52,871 bases of DNA from a virus (IMGVR_UViG_3300025718_000009:1-52871); one strand, 5' to 3'. Counted from the stretch's first letter, positions 9,188 to 19,338 are shown. The notes: a model not told the origin generated them from the letters alone. Made by a program: numbers and translations.

Positions 9188-9459
9188 CAAATCATGCGGT
9201 AAAGCTTAATTACTACGCATTATGTATTTGCATTCTATCCGAAAGAATCCCGGAAGAGGCATTTCGGAACATGGATCTCATGGATGGCCCAATGCAATTC
9301 AACAAAACGAGTGTTAATGACATTTGGAAATTCAAAAAGGACCATACATGGAAGCAGGTTGGCAATCGCTATGGTGTCAGCGGAGATGCCATAAGGAGAA
9401 GGGCTATTCGATTCCAGGAACATCAGGAAATTTCAAGAAAGGCGGGATCAAGATGCTGA
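9184..9459 (+). CDS. HTH-containing phage protein
   Basis: TWKQVGNRYGVSGDAIRRR. Confidence 0.6.
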   Translation: MTNHAVKLNYYALCICILSERIPEEAFRNMDLMDGPMQFNKTSVNDIWKFKKDHTWKQVGNRYGVSGDAIRRRAIRFQEHQEISRKAGSRC

Positions 9460-9722
9460 AGAAAATACTCAAGCGTATTCGTCGAGAACTACTCAAGATC
9501 GATTGGGTCAAACGCGAAGTGGAGGCATACCAAACAGAAAAAGAAAAACAGGCTCACCACGAACACTGGGCGAGACTCCTGCACTCAGGCTGCAAAGTTC
9601 GCAATCTTAAACCGGAGAAGCTAGATATCTGTAGCACTCTGACAATTGTTGAGAGTGATGGCATGGTCCAGGAGTATCTCGGGGGGGAAGGTGATAGGTC
9701 AAGGGTTTATCGATTCTGTTAA
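9453..9722 (+). CDS. Hypothetical protein, paralog of 2934-3140
   Basis: HEHWARLLHSGCKVR. Confidence 0.55.
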   Translation: MLKKILKRIRRELLKIDWVKREVEAYQTEKEKQAHHEHWARLLHSGCKVRNLKPEKLDICSTLTIVESDGMVQEYLGGEGDRSRVYRFC

Positions 9723-9836
9723 CTGGGGGGTGGAAAAAGAAATGTCCGCCGGTGCGCTAACACCAACGGACTGCTAAGGAATTTATTCAATTAAAGTATA
9801 CCACAATCGTCCATAAATACGGAAGGTGGAGCAGTC

Positions 9837-10277
9837 ATGATAAAAACCTCTTTCAACGAAACCAAGGCACTTGAACTCTATCATTCCCATAAAACCGACA
9901 CTGAGATAGCCAAGGGGGTCAACGCTCTCACTATTACCATAAAGGGATGGCGCAACCGCAGGGGCCTGGCAAATATATCTCCCGGAGCAAGGAAGCATAC
10001 AAACCATGTAAGTTCTTCCGGAGGAGGTTCCCCAGGAGCAGGGGTGGATTACCGGATGGCCCTTGATCCGGTTCGAGCCAAAGATATGAACCAATTTCTC
10101 CGGTCGTTACTTTGGGCAAGCGATAAGGCCAAGGAGTGTGGAGTACATCCAAATGTTGATATTTTCATGCGCTGCTGGATTGGACTTCCAATAAGCGAGG
10201 ATGGCAAGAAGCGGCAACGTAGAGACAATGCGAGGAGTCGACGCAGCGCTGGAATATCAGAGGTAAGGGGGTTATGA
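9837..10277 (+). CDS. HTH-containing phage protein
   Basis: TDTEIAKGVNALTITIKGWRNRRGL. Confidence 0.6.
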   Translation: MIKTSFNETKALELYHSHKTDTEIAKGVNALTITIKGWRNRRGLANISPGARKHTNHVSSSGGGSPGAGVDYRMALDPVRAKDMNQFLRSLLWASDKAKECGVHPNVDIFMRCWIGLPISEDGKKRQRRDNARSRRSAGISEVRGL

Positions 10278-10495
10278 GTTTTGTAGTAGCGAAGAACAGG
10301 CCCAGAAAGAACTCCAAAACTAGGGCGAAAGCTCCATGTAAGTGCCTAACGTGTGCAAAGTCGAGCAGAGAGACATTCGAGGGTAGCGAGTTATTGATTT
10401 GTAAAGATGAAGCTTGCGATATGAAGTGCGGTAAATGCACAGAAAGACCTAATAATGCTTGCGGATATAAACCGCTAGAGGAGGTATCGGCATGA
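10274..10495 (+). CDS. Cys-rich hypothetical protein
   Basis: Multiple Cys; overlapping start/stop coupling. Confidence 0.55.
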   Translation: MSFVVAKNRPRKNSKTRAKAPCKCLTCAKSSRETFEGSELLICKDEACDMKCGKCTERPNNACGYKPLEEVSA

Positions 10496-11043
10496 GTCAA
10501 ATGAAAATCGCGGGAAAAATCCACGAAGCCATGAAATCAATTCCCATAGGATACACTCACGAAAATATCAACGAATGTTTAATCGCTCAGAAACTTATCA
10601 CTCAGACGGAATTCAAAATAGTGGAGTCGAAGGAGCGAACGTCCCGGAACGGAGTTGTGTGGCAGGTCGTAATAGTTTCGTGTCAGTTAACGATCATCGA
10701 CACTGAATCAGATGAAACCATCATTAACGTCGCGCTTGGTGCGGGTACCGATACAGGAGATAAGGCAGTCGCAAAGGCTCAAATGATGGCGCGAGAATAC
10801 GTGTGGATGGCTGCACTGAATACTACGATTGAAGGTGTACCGTTTCTCGAGGCTGTGAGTGAACCCGAGATCATCGTAGAAACGCCAACGTCCAAACTCA
10901 TGGCCGAAGTTACAGCTCTCTGGAGATGGGATCCTGCTCTATTCCAAGATTACTTTATGAAGCGATTCCAGAGACCTATTGATCAGTTGAATATTACCGA
11001 GCTGAGCGTTGTCAAATCTGAATTTGAGAATTACGGGAGGTAA
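10492..11043 (+). CDS. ERF-family single-strand annealing protein
   Basis: GAGTDTGDKAVAKAQMMAREY resembles the ERF GxGxDxxDKaxxkA motif. Confidence 0.7.
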   Translation: MSQMKIAGKIHEAMKSIPIGYTHENINECLIAQKLITQTEFKIVESKERTSRNGVVWQVVIVSCQLTIIDTESDETIINVALGAGTDTGDKAVAKAQMMAREYVWMAALNTTIEGVPFLEAVSEPEIIVETPTSKLMAEVTALWRWDPALFQDYFMKRFQRPIDQLNITELSVVKSEFENYGR

Positions 11044-11045
11044 TA

Positions 11046-11345
11046 ATGACAGATTTAATGGCGAAGGCCATCACGGAAATGTTCAGCAGCAAGCCAGAGG
11101 ACGCAGTAAAAATATCCGACGGTTGGGATCGAGTCCTCTGTCCACACGTGCCAGAATTAAGCCTAGTCGATGTTTATTTCAACGGGTCGAAGGGGATAGA
11201 AACCCAAGTCACCGAGATCGAATTACGGATGTATGGATTCGCAAACATTCGAGTTGGCCGAATTGGTGAGTGTCCGAGGTGCGGGATTGTCTATTACTCA
11301 GAATTGAAAGGGGAACCAAATGCTTATTACAATCCTGAGCGCTAA
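11046..11345 (+). CDS. Hypothetical protein
   Basis: GGGAGG RBS; CPRC. Confidence 0.55.
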   Translation: MTDLMAKAITEMFSSKPEDAVKISDGWDRVLCPHVPELSLVDVYFNGSKGIETQVTEIELRMYGFANIRVGRIGECPRCGIVYYSELKGEPNAYYNPER

Positions 11346-11646
11346 CAAGGAAATGCAGACGATCCATACGGGAAATGGGAAAACTGAAAACTACTCGCTC
11401 AGCGTAACCTACGAAGCAGAAGTGGTCTTGGAGGATTGCAGGATACGAGGAAATTTCACTTTTTTGGAAAAGGAAATGGAGGATGAAGCAATCACCAAAG
11501 CGAGAATAGCCGCTTTATTTATCGAGATGGAGGACAGTAGTTGCGAGAGTTGCGCCTACAACCCCCAAGAAAAACTAGACCAACTAACGTGCGGATGCTG
11601 CCTAGGCCATAGCCGATGGATTAGAAAAATGAAGGAGGAAGATTAA
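11320..11646 (+). CDS. Hypothetical protein
   Basis: Operon context. Confidence 0.5.
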   Translation: MLITILSANKEMQTIHTGNGKTENYSLSVTYEAEVVLEDCRIRGNFTFLEKEMEDEAITKARIAALFIEMEDSSCESCAYNPQEKLDQLTCGCCLGHSRWIRKMKEED

Positions 11647-11647
11647 A

Positions 11648-12319
11648 TTGTTAAACCGAGTCGTACTTATCGGACGCCTTACGAAGGACCCAGAACTTCG
11701 CTACACTCCAAATGCTATTGCCGTAACAAACTTCACCCTGGCTGTGGAACGTAATTTTAAGAACGCAGCCGGCGAAAAGGAAACAGACTTCTTTCAATGC
11801 TCAGTGTTTAAGCAGCTGGCCGAATTATGCGCAAACTATCTCTCCAAAGGAAAACTCGCTTCGATCGATGGACGAGTCCAGATCAGAACTTACAACGATA
11901 AAGATGGAAAGAAACAATGGGTGACTGAGATCATCGGGGAAAACGTTCAGTTCTTAAGCCCGAAGGACGCTGAGGCTCCTGCACAGACCACGCAGACACA
12001 GCAACAAAATAGTCAACCACCATATAATGCTCCACCGACTGGATCCCCGATGGGAGCGCCACCGTCATATGGACAGCAGCCACAATATGGGCAACCACCC
12101 GCGCAACCAGGTTACCCTGGACAGTTCACTCCTCCGGGATATGCTCCACAACAACAGGGACAATGGCAAGCACCGGGACCTGGTCAGCAACAACAATGGC
12201 AACAACCTAATCCGAACATGCCAAACCCAAATATGCCACCACAACAGGGTACCCCAGGTGCACTCCCTTCCGCACGATTCGGTCACGAAGTAAATCTAGA
12301 TGATGACATCCCGTTCTGA
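11648..12319 (+). CDS. ssb: Single-stranded DNA-binding protein
   Basis: MLNRVVLIGRLTKDPELRYTP OB fold; C-terminal DDDIPF. Confidence 0.95.
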   Translation: MLNRVVLIGRLTKDPELRYTPNAIAVTNFTLAVERNFKNAAGEKETDFFQCSVFKQLAELCANYLSKGKLASIDGRVQIRTYNDKDGKKQWVTEIIGENVQFLSPKDAEAPAQTTQTQQQNSQPPYNAPPTGSPMGAPPSYGQQPQYGQPPAQPGYPGQFTPPGYAPQQQGQWQAPGPGQQQQWQQPNPNMPNPNMPPQQGTPGALPSARFGHEVNLDDDIPF

Positions 12320-12324
12320 TCTGA

Positions 12325-13692
12325 ATGGAACTAAGAGATTATCAAACTGATCTAATCGAGGAGCTCCGGTATCTCATTCTTGCCGGCTCCTCCCGGATTT
12401 GCGCAGTGGCACCCTGTGGGTCTGGGAAAACCGTTCTTTTCAGTTGGATCACAGCGCAAGCAAGATCAAGAAATCAAAAAATACTTATTGTTGTCCATCG
12501 TCAGGAGCTCATCGAGCAGACATCAAAAACCCTGGACAAATTTTATATTCCTCATGAAGTTCTTAATTCGAAGAACATAAATTCGTGCGATATGCATGTC
12601 GCCAGTGTTTACACGTTATCTCGTCGGTTAAACAACTTTGAGAAGCCTCCTGACTTAATCATCCTAGACGAAGCTCAACACTGTGTAGCGAACACTTGGA
12701 GAAAGGTCATTGAGCACTTCCCAAATTCATTAATCATTGGATTCACAGCAACACCGGCGCGGTTATCTGGAGACGGACTAGGTGTAGTATTTCAAGCCCT
12801 GGCATTAGGTCCGAGCGTCAAAGAGTTAGTTAAAATGGGGAATCTTGCACCCTTCGAATACTTTTCCCCGCCGGTTGTCGCGGACTTCGCGGACTTAAAG
12901 GTTAAGTATGGAGATTATCAAGCATCAGACGTTGCTCTGAAGATGGACAAAAGTGAGATTATCGGTGATGTGATCGCGACATATCGAAGATTAGCAGACG
13001 GTAAGAGGGCAATTTGTTATTGCGCGAGCTGTGAACATGCTGAACATGTTGCGAAGGAGTTTAATCTTGCAGGGATCCCAGCTGCTTACATTGATGGGAA
13101 GACTCCGGATGCAATCAGAAAAACGGCAATTGAGCAATTTAGAACTGGGATCGTGAAGATACTGACAAACGTTGACCTGGTAAGTGAGGGATTCGACGTC
13201 CCAGCTATGGAAGCAGTTATTCTACTGAGACCAACTGAGAGTACAGCATTGTTTATCCAGCAAAGCATGAGGGCAATGCGCCCGGATCCTGATAACCCAA
13301 ATAAGGTCGCAATTATCATTGACCACGTTGGAAATGTGTATCGCCATGGTTTACCGGATGAAGATCGAGAGTGGACCTTGGAGGGGAAGCAAAAGAAACG
13401 AGAGCCTGGCGAGATTAAGATCAAGCAATGTCCAAAATGTTATTTCGCACATGTCCCAGCTCCTCAGTGTCCGAAGTGTGGGTTTGTCTATGAGGTGCAA
13501 GAGCAAGCCCCGATAGTGCAGACGAAGGGTGAGTTGTTGCAGATCAAGGACTTGGAGCGCAAGGATGCCAAGAAGGAAATATCGAAGGCGCGGACACGTG
13601 CTGAGCTGGAAAAGATCGCTATAACGCGGGGGTATTCTCTCCGGTGGGTCGATAAGATCCTGAAGGTTAGAAGTGGGCAGAGTTGGAGATGA
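12325..13692 (+). CDS. SF2 DEAD/DEAH helicase
   Basis: APCGSGKT, DEAQH, TATP, EGFDVP, C-terminal zinc finger. Confidence 0.92.
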   Translation: MELRDYQTDLIEELRYLILAGSSRICAVAPCGSGKTVLFSWITAQARSRNQKILIVVHRQELIEQTSKTLDKFYIPHEVLNSKNINSCDMHVASVYTLSRRLNNFEKPPDLIILDEAQHCVANTWRKVIEHFPNSLIIGFTATPARLSGDGLGVVFQALALGPSVKELVKMGNLAPFEYFSPPVVADFADLKVKYGDYQASDVALKMDKSEIIGDVIATYRRLADGKRAICYCASCEHAEHVAKEFNLAGIPAAYIDGKTPDAIRKTAIEQFRTGIVKILTNVDLVSEGFDVPAMEAVILLRPTESTALFIQQSMRAMRPDPDNPNKVAIIIDHVGNVYRHGLPDEDREWTLEGKQKKREPGEIKIKQCPKCYFAHVPAPQCPKCGFVYEVQEQAPIVQTKGELLQIKDLERKDAKKEISKARTRAELEKIAITRGYSLRWVDKILKVRSGQSWR

Positions 13693-13705
13693 GGGATGAG
13701 AGAAG

Positions 13706-15013
13706 ATGATGGATAAAAACCCATATTTACCAGGTACCCCAGAAGAGTACATACAGGCCAATATGGGTTTAGCTCAATTAATCGCTTGGAAGTTTTTCAG
13801 GGCCTCCAAGGATAGAGATATTGATGATCTAGTGGGAATTGCTTATCACGGACTAGTCAAATCGTATCAACGATTTGATCCCACTAATCGTCTCGGCATA
13901 GATGCTAAGCCGATAAAATTCAGTACGTATGCTGGGTCAATGATTAAGGGCTATATTATGACCTATCTTCGTCAAGTTAACCGTCCTATTCATCTTGGAA
14001 GAAGGGGAATAGATTTAATCGCTAAGATCAATATTGCAGGTCTAAACGGCAACGAAACGATTCAGGAAATCGCAATCAAAGCTGGAATTAGCGTGGATGA
14101 TGCCAATGAAGCAGTTATGGCGAGTATAGCCGCGAACCCGGATACTCTAGAACGCAAGATTGCAATGGATGATGGCGGTGGACATGTTACCTTAGCTGAC
14201 ATGATAGGCGAAAAAGTTGAGAGCAATGACGATCAGGAAACAATAAAGGATTTTACAGCTCAATTAACCCCACGGCTTTACGAGGTTTATAAATTGCGAA
14301 TGGTTGAAGAACTGTCACAACTTGAAGCATCTAAGGTTATGGGTTTTACTCAATCTTACTTTTGCCGCCTTGAAGCGAAACTTATGGAAGTAGCCCGACA
14401 GTATGGATCAAAGATGAGGCTGGCTGGCGGAATTAAAAGTATAAATGAGGAGGAAGAAATTATGTCAAGTATTGAACAACGCGAAAACAGTAAAAAATTA
14501 CGCGGAGAGATCACGACTATTGAACAGTTCGAGTCCATTGGATCATATGCTGAGGTTGCTAAAAAGTATCTAGTCAGTGTTGCAACGTCCCATGCGCTCA
14601 AGATGTCCCTGAAGGATAAGAAGGTCAGGGAGGATGATAGTTTTGTTCCTTCTCCAGATCCCTCTATTGAACGTAAGGCGTATGAGGAACCAATCTTGGA
14701 AGAGATCGTCCAGGTACATCCAGAGGTAGAGATTCAGGTAACTCCTGAAGAGGTATCATCTGTGGAAGAAAAATGGTGCTTAAGTCCAGAAGGGATAGAA
14801 GAGGCACGTAATATGTCAAAGGAACTTCTATACGACAAGCGACTAGATGATCCCTTTATCGAGCCAGAGCCACTGCTGGTAAAGAAAGAGCGAACATCTG
14901 AAGAACTATTAAGAAACATTAAGTCTGATATAAGAGAACTTCACAAAATGCATACTTATCGCTCTGAAATGAGATTCCAAGCACAGCTCAGGGGGTTAAT
15001 TGAAGAATGCTAA
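13706..15013 (+). CDS. SigF/SigG/SigB-like sigma-70 factor with C-terminal extension
   Basis: DDLVGIAYHGLVKSYQRFDP, KFSTYAGSMIKGYI, region-4 HTH SQLEASKVMGFTQSYFCRLE. Confidence 0.85.
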   Translation: MMDKNPYLPGTPEEYIQANMGLAQLIAWKFFRASKDRDIDDLVGIAYHGLVKSYQRFDPTNRLGIDAKPIKFSTYAGSMIKGYIMTYLRQVNRPIHLGRRGIDLIAKINIAGLNGNETIQEIAIKAGISVDDANEAVMASIAANPDTLERKIAMDDGGGHVTLADMIGEKVESNDDQETIKDFTAQLTPRLYEVYKLRMVEELSQLEASKVMGFTQSYFCRLEAKLMEVARQYGSKMRLAGGIKSINEEEEIMSSIEQRENSKKLRGEITTIEQFESIGSYAEVAKKYLVSVATSHALKMSLKDKKVREDDSFVPSPDPSIERKAYEEPILEEIVQVHPEVEIQVTPEEVSSVEEKWCLSPEGIEEARNMSKELLYDKRLDDPFIEPEPLLVKKERTSEELLRNIKSDIRELHKMHTYRSEMRFQAQLRGLIEEC

Positions 15014-15034
15014 AGAATTCGAGGGGGATAAGAC

Positions 15035-15523
15035 GTGAACAAGTTTGAACGACTGACTAAGAAGTTTGGAGATAAAACAGTATTGCCGATGTTACCAATG
15101 CCATTAATACAATCCTTTCAAAACCTTGATGATTTCCACATTGTGAGAAGGGAACTCGAAACTGAAATAATTAGGCTTTCGGAATATGAGGATTCAGGCT
15201 TATCTCCTTCTGAAGTTGCCGAATTTGTTCAGGCCAAGGCCGAAGGTAGGCTGATAGTACTGCCTTGTAAAGTTGGGGAATCTTATTACGGGGTATGCCA
15301 AGAAATGCATAACGTAAAAAGTAAATGGAAAATGCAACGATGGGTTGAGACAGGCAAAATACTTAACCTTCATGTTACTGCTGAATTATCAACCACGGAG
15401 GCTGAAGTTAAGCAGCATCAACGAGATATTGACGAACACTCAAGTTATTGGTTTACGGGAGAAAACGCCAAGGCAGAGGCCGAAGCAGCACTAAAGAAGC
15501 TTTGGGACGAGGGTAGCCAATGA
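15035..15523 (+). CDS. Hypothetical phage protein
   Basis: RLSEYEDSGLSP...EGRLIVLPCKVG is a common phage motif. Confidence 0.65.
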   Translation: MNKFERLTKKFGDKTVLPMLPMPLIQSFQNLDDFHIVRRELETEIIRLSEYEDSGLSPSEVAEFVQAKAEGRLIVLPCKVGESYYGVCQEMHNVKSKWKMQRWVETGKILNLHVTAELSTTEAEVKQHQRDIDEHSSYWFTGENAKAEAEAALKKLWDEGSQ

Positions 15524-15882
15524 ACGAACACGATATTCAAAATAAAATCAGAATTGATTTTTCCCGACTCATTCCCGACGGCCTTCTCTTTCGCACTAAT
15601 GTTGGACAGGCTTGGACAGGATCACGAGTCAAACATAACTCAGACCATAGCGTGACAATCTTTGATGCCCGTCCATTCAATACAGGTCTTCCTCCTGGCT
15701 TCTCCGATCTCTTCGGAGTCTTACCGGGAGGCAAAGCACTATTCCTCGAAGTCAAGACTCCGAAGGGTAGACCGACTGATGTGCAGACTAATTTTCTTGT
15801 GCAGGTAAAATGCGCGGGAGCAGCCGCCGGTGTGGCAAGGTCGATCGAGGACGTTATTAAAATTATTGAGGTGAATAAATGA
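15520..15882 (+). CDS. VRR-NUC domain nuclease
   Basis: E..IQ, GFSDL, FLEVK..KGR...Q. Confidence 0.9.
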   Translation: MNEHDIQNKIRIDFSRLIPDGLLFRTNVGQAWTGSRVKHNSDHSVTIFDARPFNTGLPPGFSDLFGVLPGGKALFLEVKTPKGRPTDVQTNFLVQVKCAGAAAGVARSIEDVIKIIEVNK

Positions 15883-16058
15883 ACGCTATGAAATCAATGG
15901 AACTACTTAGGAAATATGCAAAATGCCCAGAGTGTGGGAGCGAAGTTCTTGGAAATGGAAAAGGTACTGTTAATATTACCGACGATACCTTCACTCGCAC
16001 TTGCAAATGCGGATGGAGCGTTAAGCGTAAAGTTCACGAAGCTCCTAAAAAGCTATGA
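15879..16058 (+). CDS. Small zinc-ribbon protein (DUF3797-like)
   Basis: KYAKCPECGSEVLGNGKG...FTRTCKCGW; not in ORF track. Confidence 0.65.
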   Translation: MNAMKSMELLRKYAKCPECGSEVLGNGKGTVNITDDTFTRTCKCGWSVKRKVHEAPKKL

Positions 16059-16099
16059 TCTATTTATTGATTAACGGTGGTTGAGAGAAGGGGTAACCA

Positions 16100-19015
16100 G
16101 TGGCACAAGATACAGGACCGTCCCCAGTAGGACGTTCTTCAGATACAGATAAATTTTTAACAGCATTATTCGGAAACCTCGAATCGGGCAACCTGTATCT
16201 CTGGACCCTGCCCGATCATAAGACATGGTCCTTTCCTGTCGATGATCTCAAAACTATGATCACCGCTGCTCAGGCAATACAAGACGAACGAGATGTGTAT
16301 TATGGGCTAGGTGGGTCCAACAGTAAGATCGCGGACAATGAACGGCCACTTGCTAATAACGTGGCCTTCATCCCGGCCTTGTGGATGGACATCGACATCC
16401 TTGGACCAGCGCATAAACAAACCGACTTACCCGCCACAGTTGAAGAGGCCGTGAGCATTTTACCAGAGTTCTTAAAACCAAGCATTACAGTCTCATCAGG
16501 TCATGGCCTGCACATGTATTGGCTGCTTAAGGAAGCGTGGGTCTTCGATACGCAGGATGAGAACCTTCGCGCTTCAAATCTCATGATTCGGTTACAGGCA
16601 TATATCAAAGGTCTAGCCCAGGAGCGTGGATGGAAATTCGATTCGACGGCAGATCTCTCCCGTGTTCTTCGGGTACCGGGCACGCTAAACCATAAACTCG
16701 GACAGAAACAGCCGGTTGTCATTACGCAATTCAACGAAGAGATACGCTACGATCCTTCCGAACTCGAAGACTTAATTCCGGATATCGACTTCAGATCTGA
16801 GATAACAAATCACGGATCATTCGAACGACGACCCACAGATGCTGGCTCCGATCTCATGATAGCTAATTGCCAATTCTTGCAATATTGCTCACTTAATGCG
16901 TCATCCATTAACTACGGCGAATGGCTGTCAATGCTCACCAACGTTGCAAGGGGCACGGACGGAATCGATAAGTGTCACGAACTATCCTCTTCAGATAAAG
17001 GGAGATATACACCGAAGAGCACTGACTTCCGGATATCTGAGGCCCTTAAGATGAATCCGCATACCTGTGATTATATCAAAGCCACACACTCGTTTTCCTG
17101 TCCGGAGCATGGATGTGGGGTTAAGTCTCCTTGCTCCTTCTCCTTGGGTAAGATTGACCAGGCTCGTGCAAAGATTAATATGATCGGGATACCCAGCGCA
17201 GAGAAGATCTTTAACCCAGATATGCTAAATGCATTATCAATTATTAAATCCAAGGATGCAGCACTCTATGCCAAGACGAAGGACAAACTCAAGGGAACGA
17301 TCAATCTCCGAGACCTAGAAAAAGCAATCAAGCAATATACGCAGGATTTCACGAACTCCGAAGTGGCAGAGATTCCGACTGAAGAGGTTATCAATGTGCC
17401 GGCTAACAATGTCCAGGATATTATGTTTCCACCAGGCTACAGGGTAACTGATTCAGGCGTGAACTATGTCAGGCATACGGAAAATGGTCCGCAATATATC
17501 CGTGCCTGTGGTTGTCCTGCAATTATATCAGCACGATTATTTAATGCTGATACGGAAACTGAGAGTATCAAGATCTCCTATAAGTACATGGGCCATTGGC
17601 GGGACATCGTTATTCCTCGATCGATGGGAGTCGATGCAAGAAAAGTCATAGGCCTAGCTGATAAAGGAATCAGTGTCAGCTCAGAGGGTGCCAAATACTT
17701 AGCGAAATACTTTGATGATTATCTTTACGCTAACCCTACTATCCCTGTTCAAAAGGCCGTTTCCCGCTTTGGCTGGAGGGGGCAGGAGTTTGTTTTCCCT
17801 GGACTTTGCCCAGAGATCGAGATCGATGTGGATGATGTTGGAAGTAAGCACGCATTGAAAGGTTTCTCTCCAGTTGGTGATCTATCCGAATGGTGTAAGG
17901 CTGCTAGTATGGTCCGTAATTCTTCTGCTAATGCAAGGTTTATTTTATCCGCTGCGTTCGCAACACCACTCTTGAAACCACTGTCGCAGCGTAATTTTAT
18001 CATTCACAATCACGGGGATTCTCAAGGTGGTAAAACAGCAATGCTTTGGTTGGCTATGTCGATCTGGGGAGATCCCGATGTGATCATCTGTAGTTTCGAC
18101 GGTACGTCAACAGCTCTAGAGAGACGAGCAAGTTTATTCTCGGATCTTCCATTAGGAATCAATGAACGAGAAGTCTTATCACAGCTCAAGAAGCAAGATA
18201 TTTCAGCGACTCTATATATGCTGGCTGAGGGTAAGGGCAGAGGCCGGGGCGGTAAAGTTGGACTGCAAGAGCTGAACCGGTGGAGGACGATCGTCATGAC
18301 AACGGGTGAGGGACCTTTGACCTCAGCAAGTTCAATGGATGGCCTCATGACACGGACGATCGAGCTTGAAGGTGGGCCACTTGCAGACAATAAAGACCTT
18401 GCTCGTTATCTCTATGGATTTCTCCCTTACTGTCATGGTAGTGCAGGGATTGCGTTTTTGCAGACGCTAATGGCAGCGCCAAGAGGTGAAATAGTTGATT
18501 ACTACCGCCAGGCTCAAGTATGGCTCAGGCAATATTACAGCGATCGCATCGACAGTCATTTAGATGCGCTAGCCACAGTTATGACAGCTGATTATTACTC
18601 AAGTGTTTGGGTATTCGGTCTGGACGCAGTCACAGCACATACTGAATCCATTGCCATGGGTACGGAAATCGCTAATAAGTTAATCAAGCGAGTTGATGCC
18701 AGTGAATCAGAGCGCGCTTGGCTGGAGTTTCAGGACTGGGTAGGAGAACACCATGAGCAACTAGGAACTGCTTATTCAAATACAAAGATTGGATCCAAGG
18801 ACGCGGGTAATATTTACGTAATCCGGCGCGTGGTGAATGAGTTTTTGGAGAAGTATTCATCAGCAGAAAAAATTATTCATGCCTGGGCGGATCAAGGGAA
18901 GATTCTAACGAGTAATGATGCCACGGGTAAGCTAAGATTCGATATCAGAAAAAGGCTTGGTGGAGCACAAGTGAGGTGCATAGGATTCCCCGAGAAGGTG
19001 GATGGTCTGTTCTAA
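16100..19015 (+). CDS. Primase-helicase (RepB-like AEP primase + DUF927/Cch-like helicase)
   Basis: LWMDID, SSGHGLHMYW, RVLRVPGTLN; GDSQGGKT Walker A; TTGE. Confidence 0.88.
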   Translation: MAQDTGPSPVGRSSDTDKFLTALFGNLESGNLYLWTLPDHKTWSFPVDDLKTMITAAQAIQDERDVYYGLGGSNSKIADNERPLANNVAFIPALWMDIDILGPAHKQTDLPATVEEAVSILPEFLKPSITVSSGHGLHMYWLLKEAWVFDTQDENLRASNLMIRLQAYIKGLAQERGWKFDSTADLSRVLRVPGTLNHKLGQKQPVVITQFNEEIRYDPSELEDLIPDIDFRSEITNHGSFERRPTDAGSDLMIANCQFLQYCSLNASSINYGEWLSMLTNVARGTDGIDKCHELSSSDKGRYTPKSTDFRISEALKMNPHTCDYIKATHSFSCPEHGCGVKSPCSFSLGKIDQARAKINMIGIPSAEKIFNPDMLNALSIIKSKDAALYAKTKDKLKGTINLRDLEKAIKQYTQDFTNSEVAEIPTEEVINVPANNVQDIMFPPGYRVTDSGVNYVRHTENGPQYIRACGCPAIISARLFNADTETESIKISYKYMGHWRDIVIPRSMGVDARKVIGLADKGISVSSEGAKYLAKYFDDYLYANPTIPVQKAVSRFGWRGQEFVFPGLCPEIEIDVDDVGSKHALKGFSPVGDLSEWCKAASMVRNSSANARFILSAAFATPLLKPLSQRNFIIHNHGDSQGGKTAMLWLAMSIWGDPDVIICSFDGTSTALERRASLFSDLPLGINEREVLSQLKKQDISATLYMLAEGKGRGRGGKVGLQELNRWRTIVMTTGEGPLTSASSMDGLMTRTIELEGGPLADNKDLARYLYGFLPYCHGSAGIAFLQTLMAAPRGEIVDYYRQAQVWLRQYYSDRIDSHLDALATVMTADYYSSVWVFGLDAVTAHTESIAMGTEIANKLIKRVDASESERAWLEFQDWVGEHHEQLGTAYSNTKIGSKDAGNIYVIRRVVNEFLEKYSSAEKIIHAWADQGKILTSNDATGKLRFDIRKRLGGAQVRCIGFPEKVDGLF

Positions 19016-19045
19016 TGTTGAGAGTTAGAGAATTTATTCACAACT

Positions 19046-19325
19046 GTGGTCTCAGAGTGGTCTCACCAGTGGTCTCACTAAAAAGCTCTAGAACCCTTGA
19101 TATGACTATGTTTTATATACTGAGACCACTAAGACCACTGAGACCACTACATTCTCTATATAAAAAAAGTGTTTAAAGAGTAATTGATAACCTTTCCCAT
19201 TTATCTTAAGTCAAATATATATAGTGACCCTGTTTATTTTGAGTGGTCTCACCCCAAAAAACGCCCTAAACCATTGGGAGAGTAAGGACAAGCCTGAGAC
19301 CACTCATATTGACTCAGTGGTCTCA
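19046..19325. repeat. GTGGTCTCA/TGAGACCAC iteron cluster, putative replication origin
   Basis: Copies at 19046, 19057, 19069, 19243, 19317 (+) and 19121, 19131 (partial), 19139, 19295 (-), with AT-rich spacers. Confidence 0.8.
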
Positions 19326-19338
19326 CTAAGGAGGTTTT

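Noticed and set aside
18976-19176. 66-aa ORF (LRPLRPLRPL)
   Set aside because: Product of the iteron repeats; no RBS
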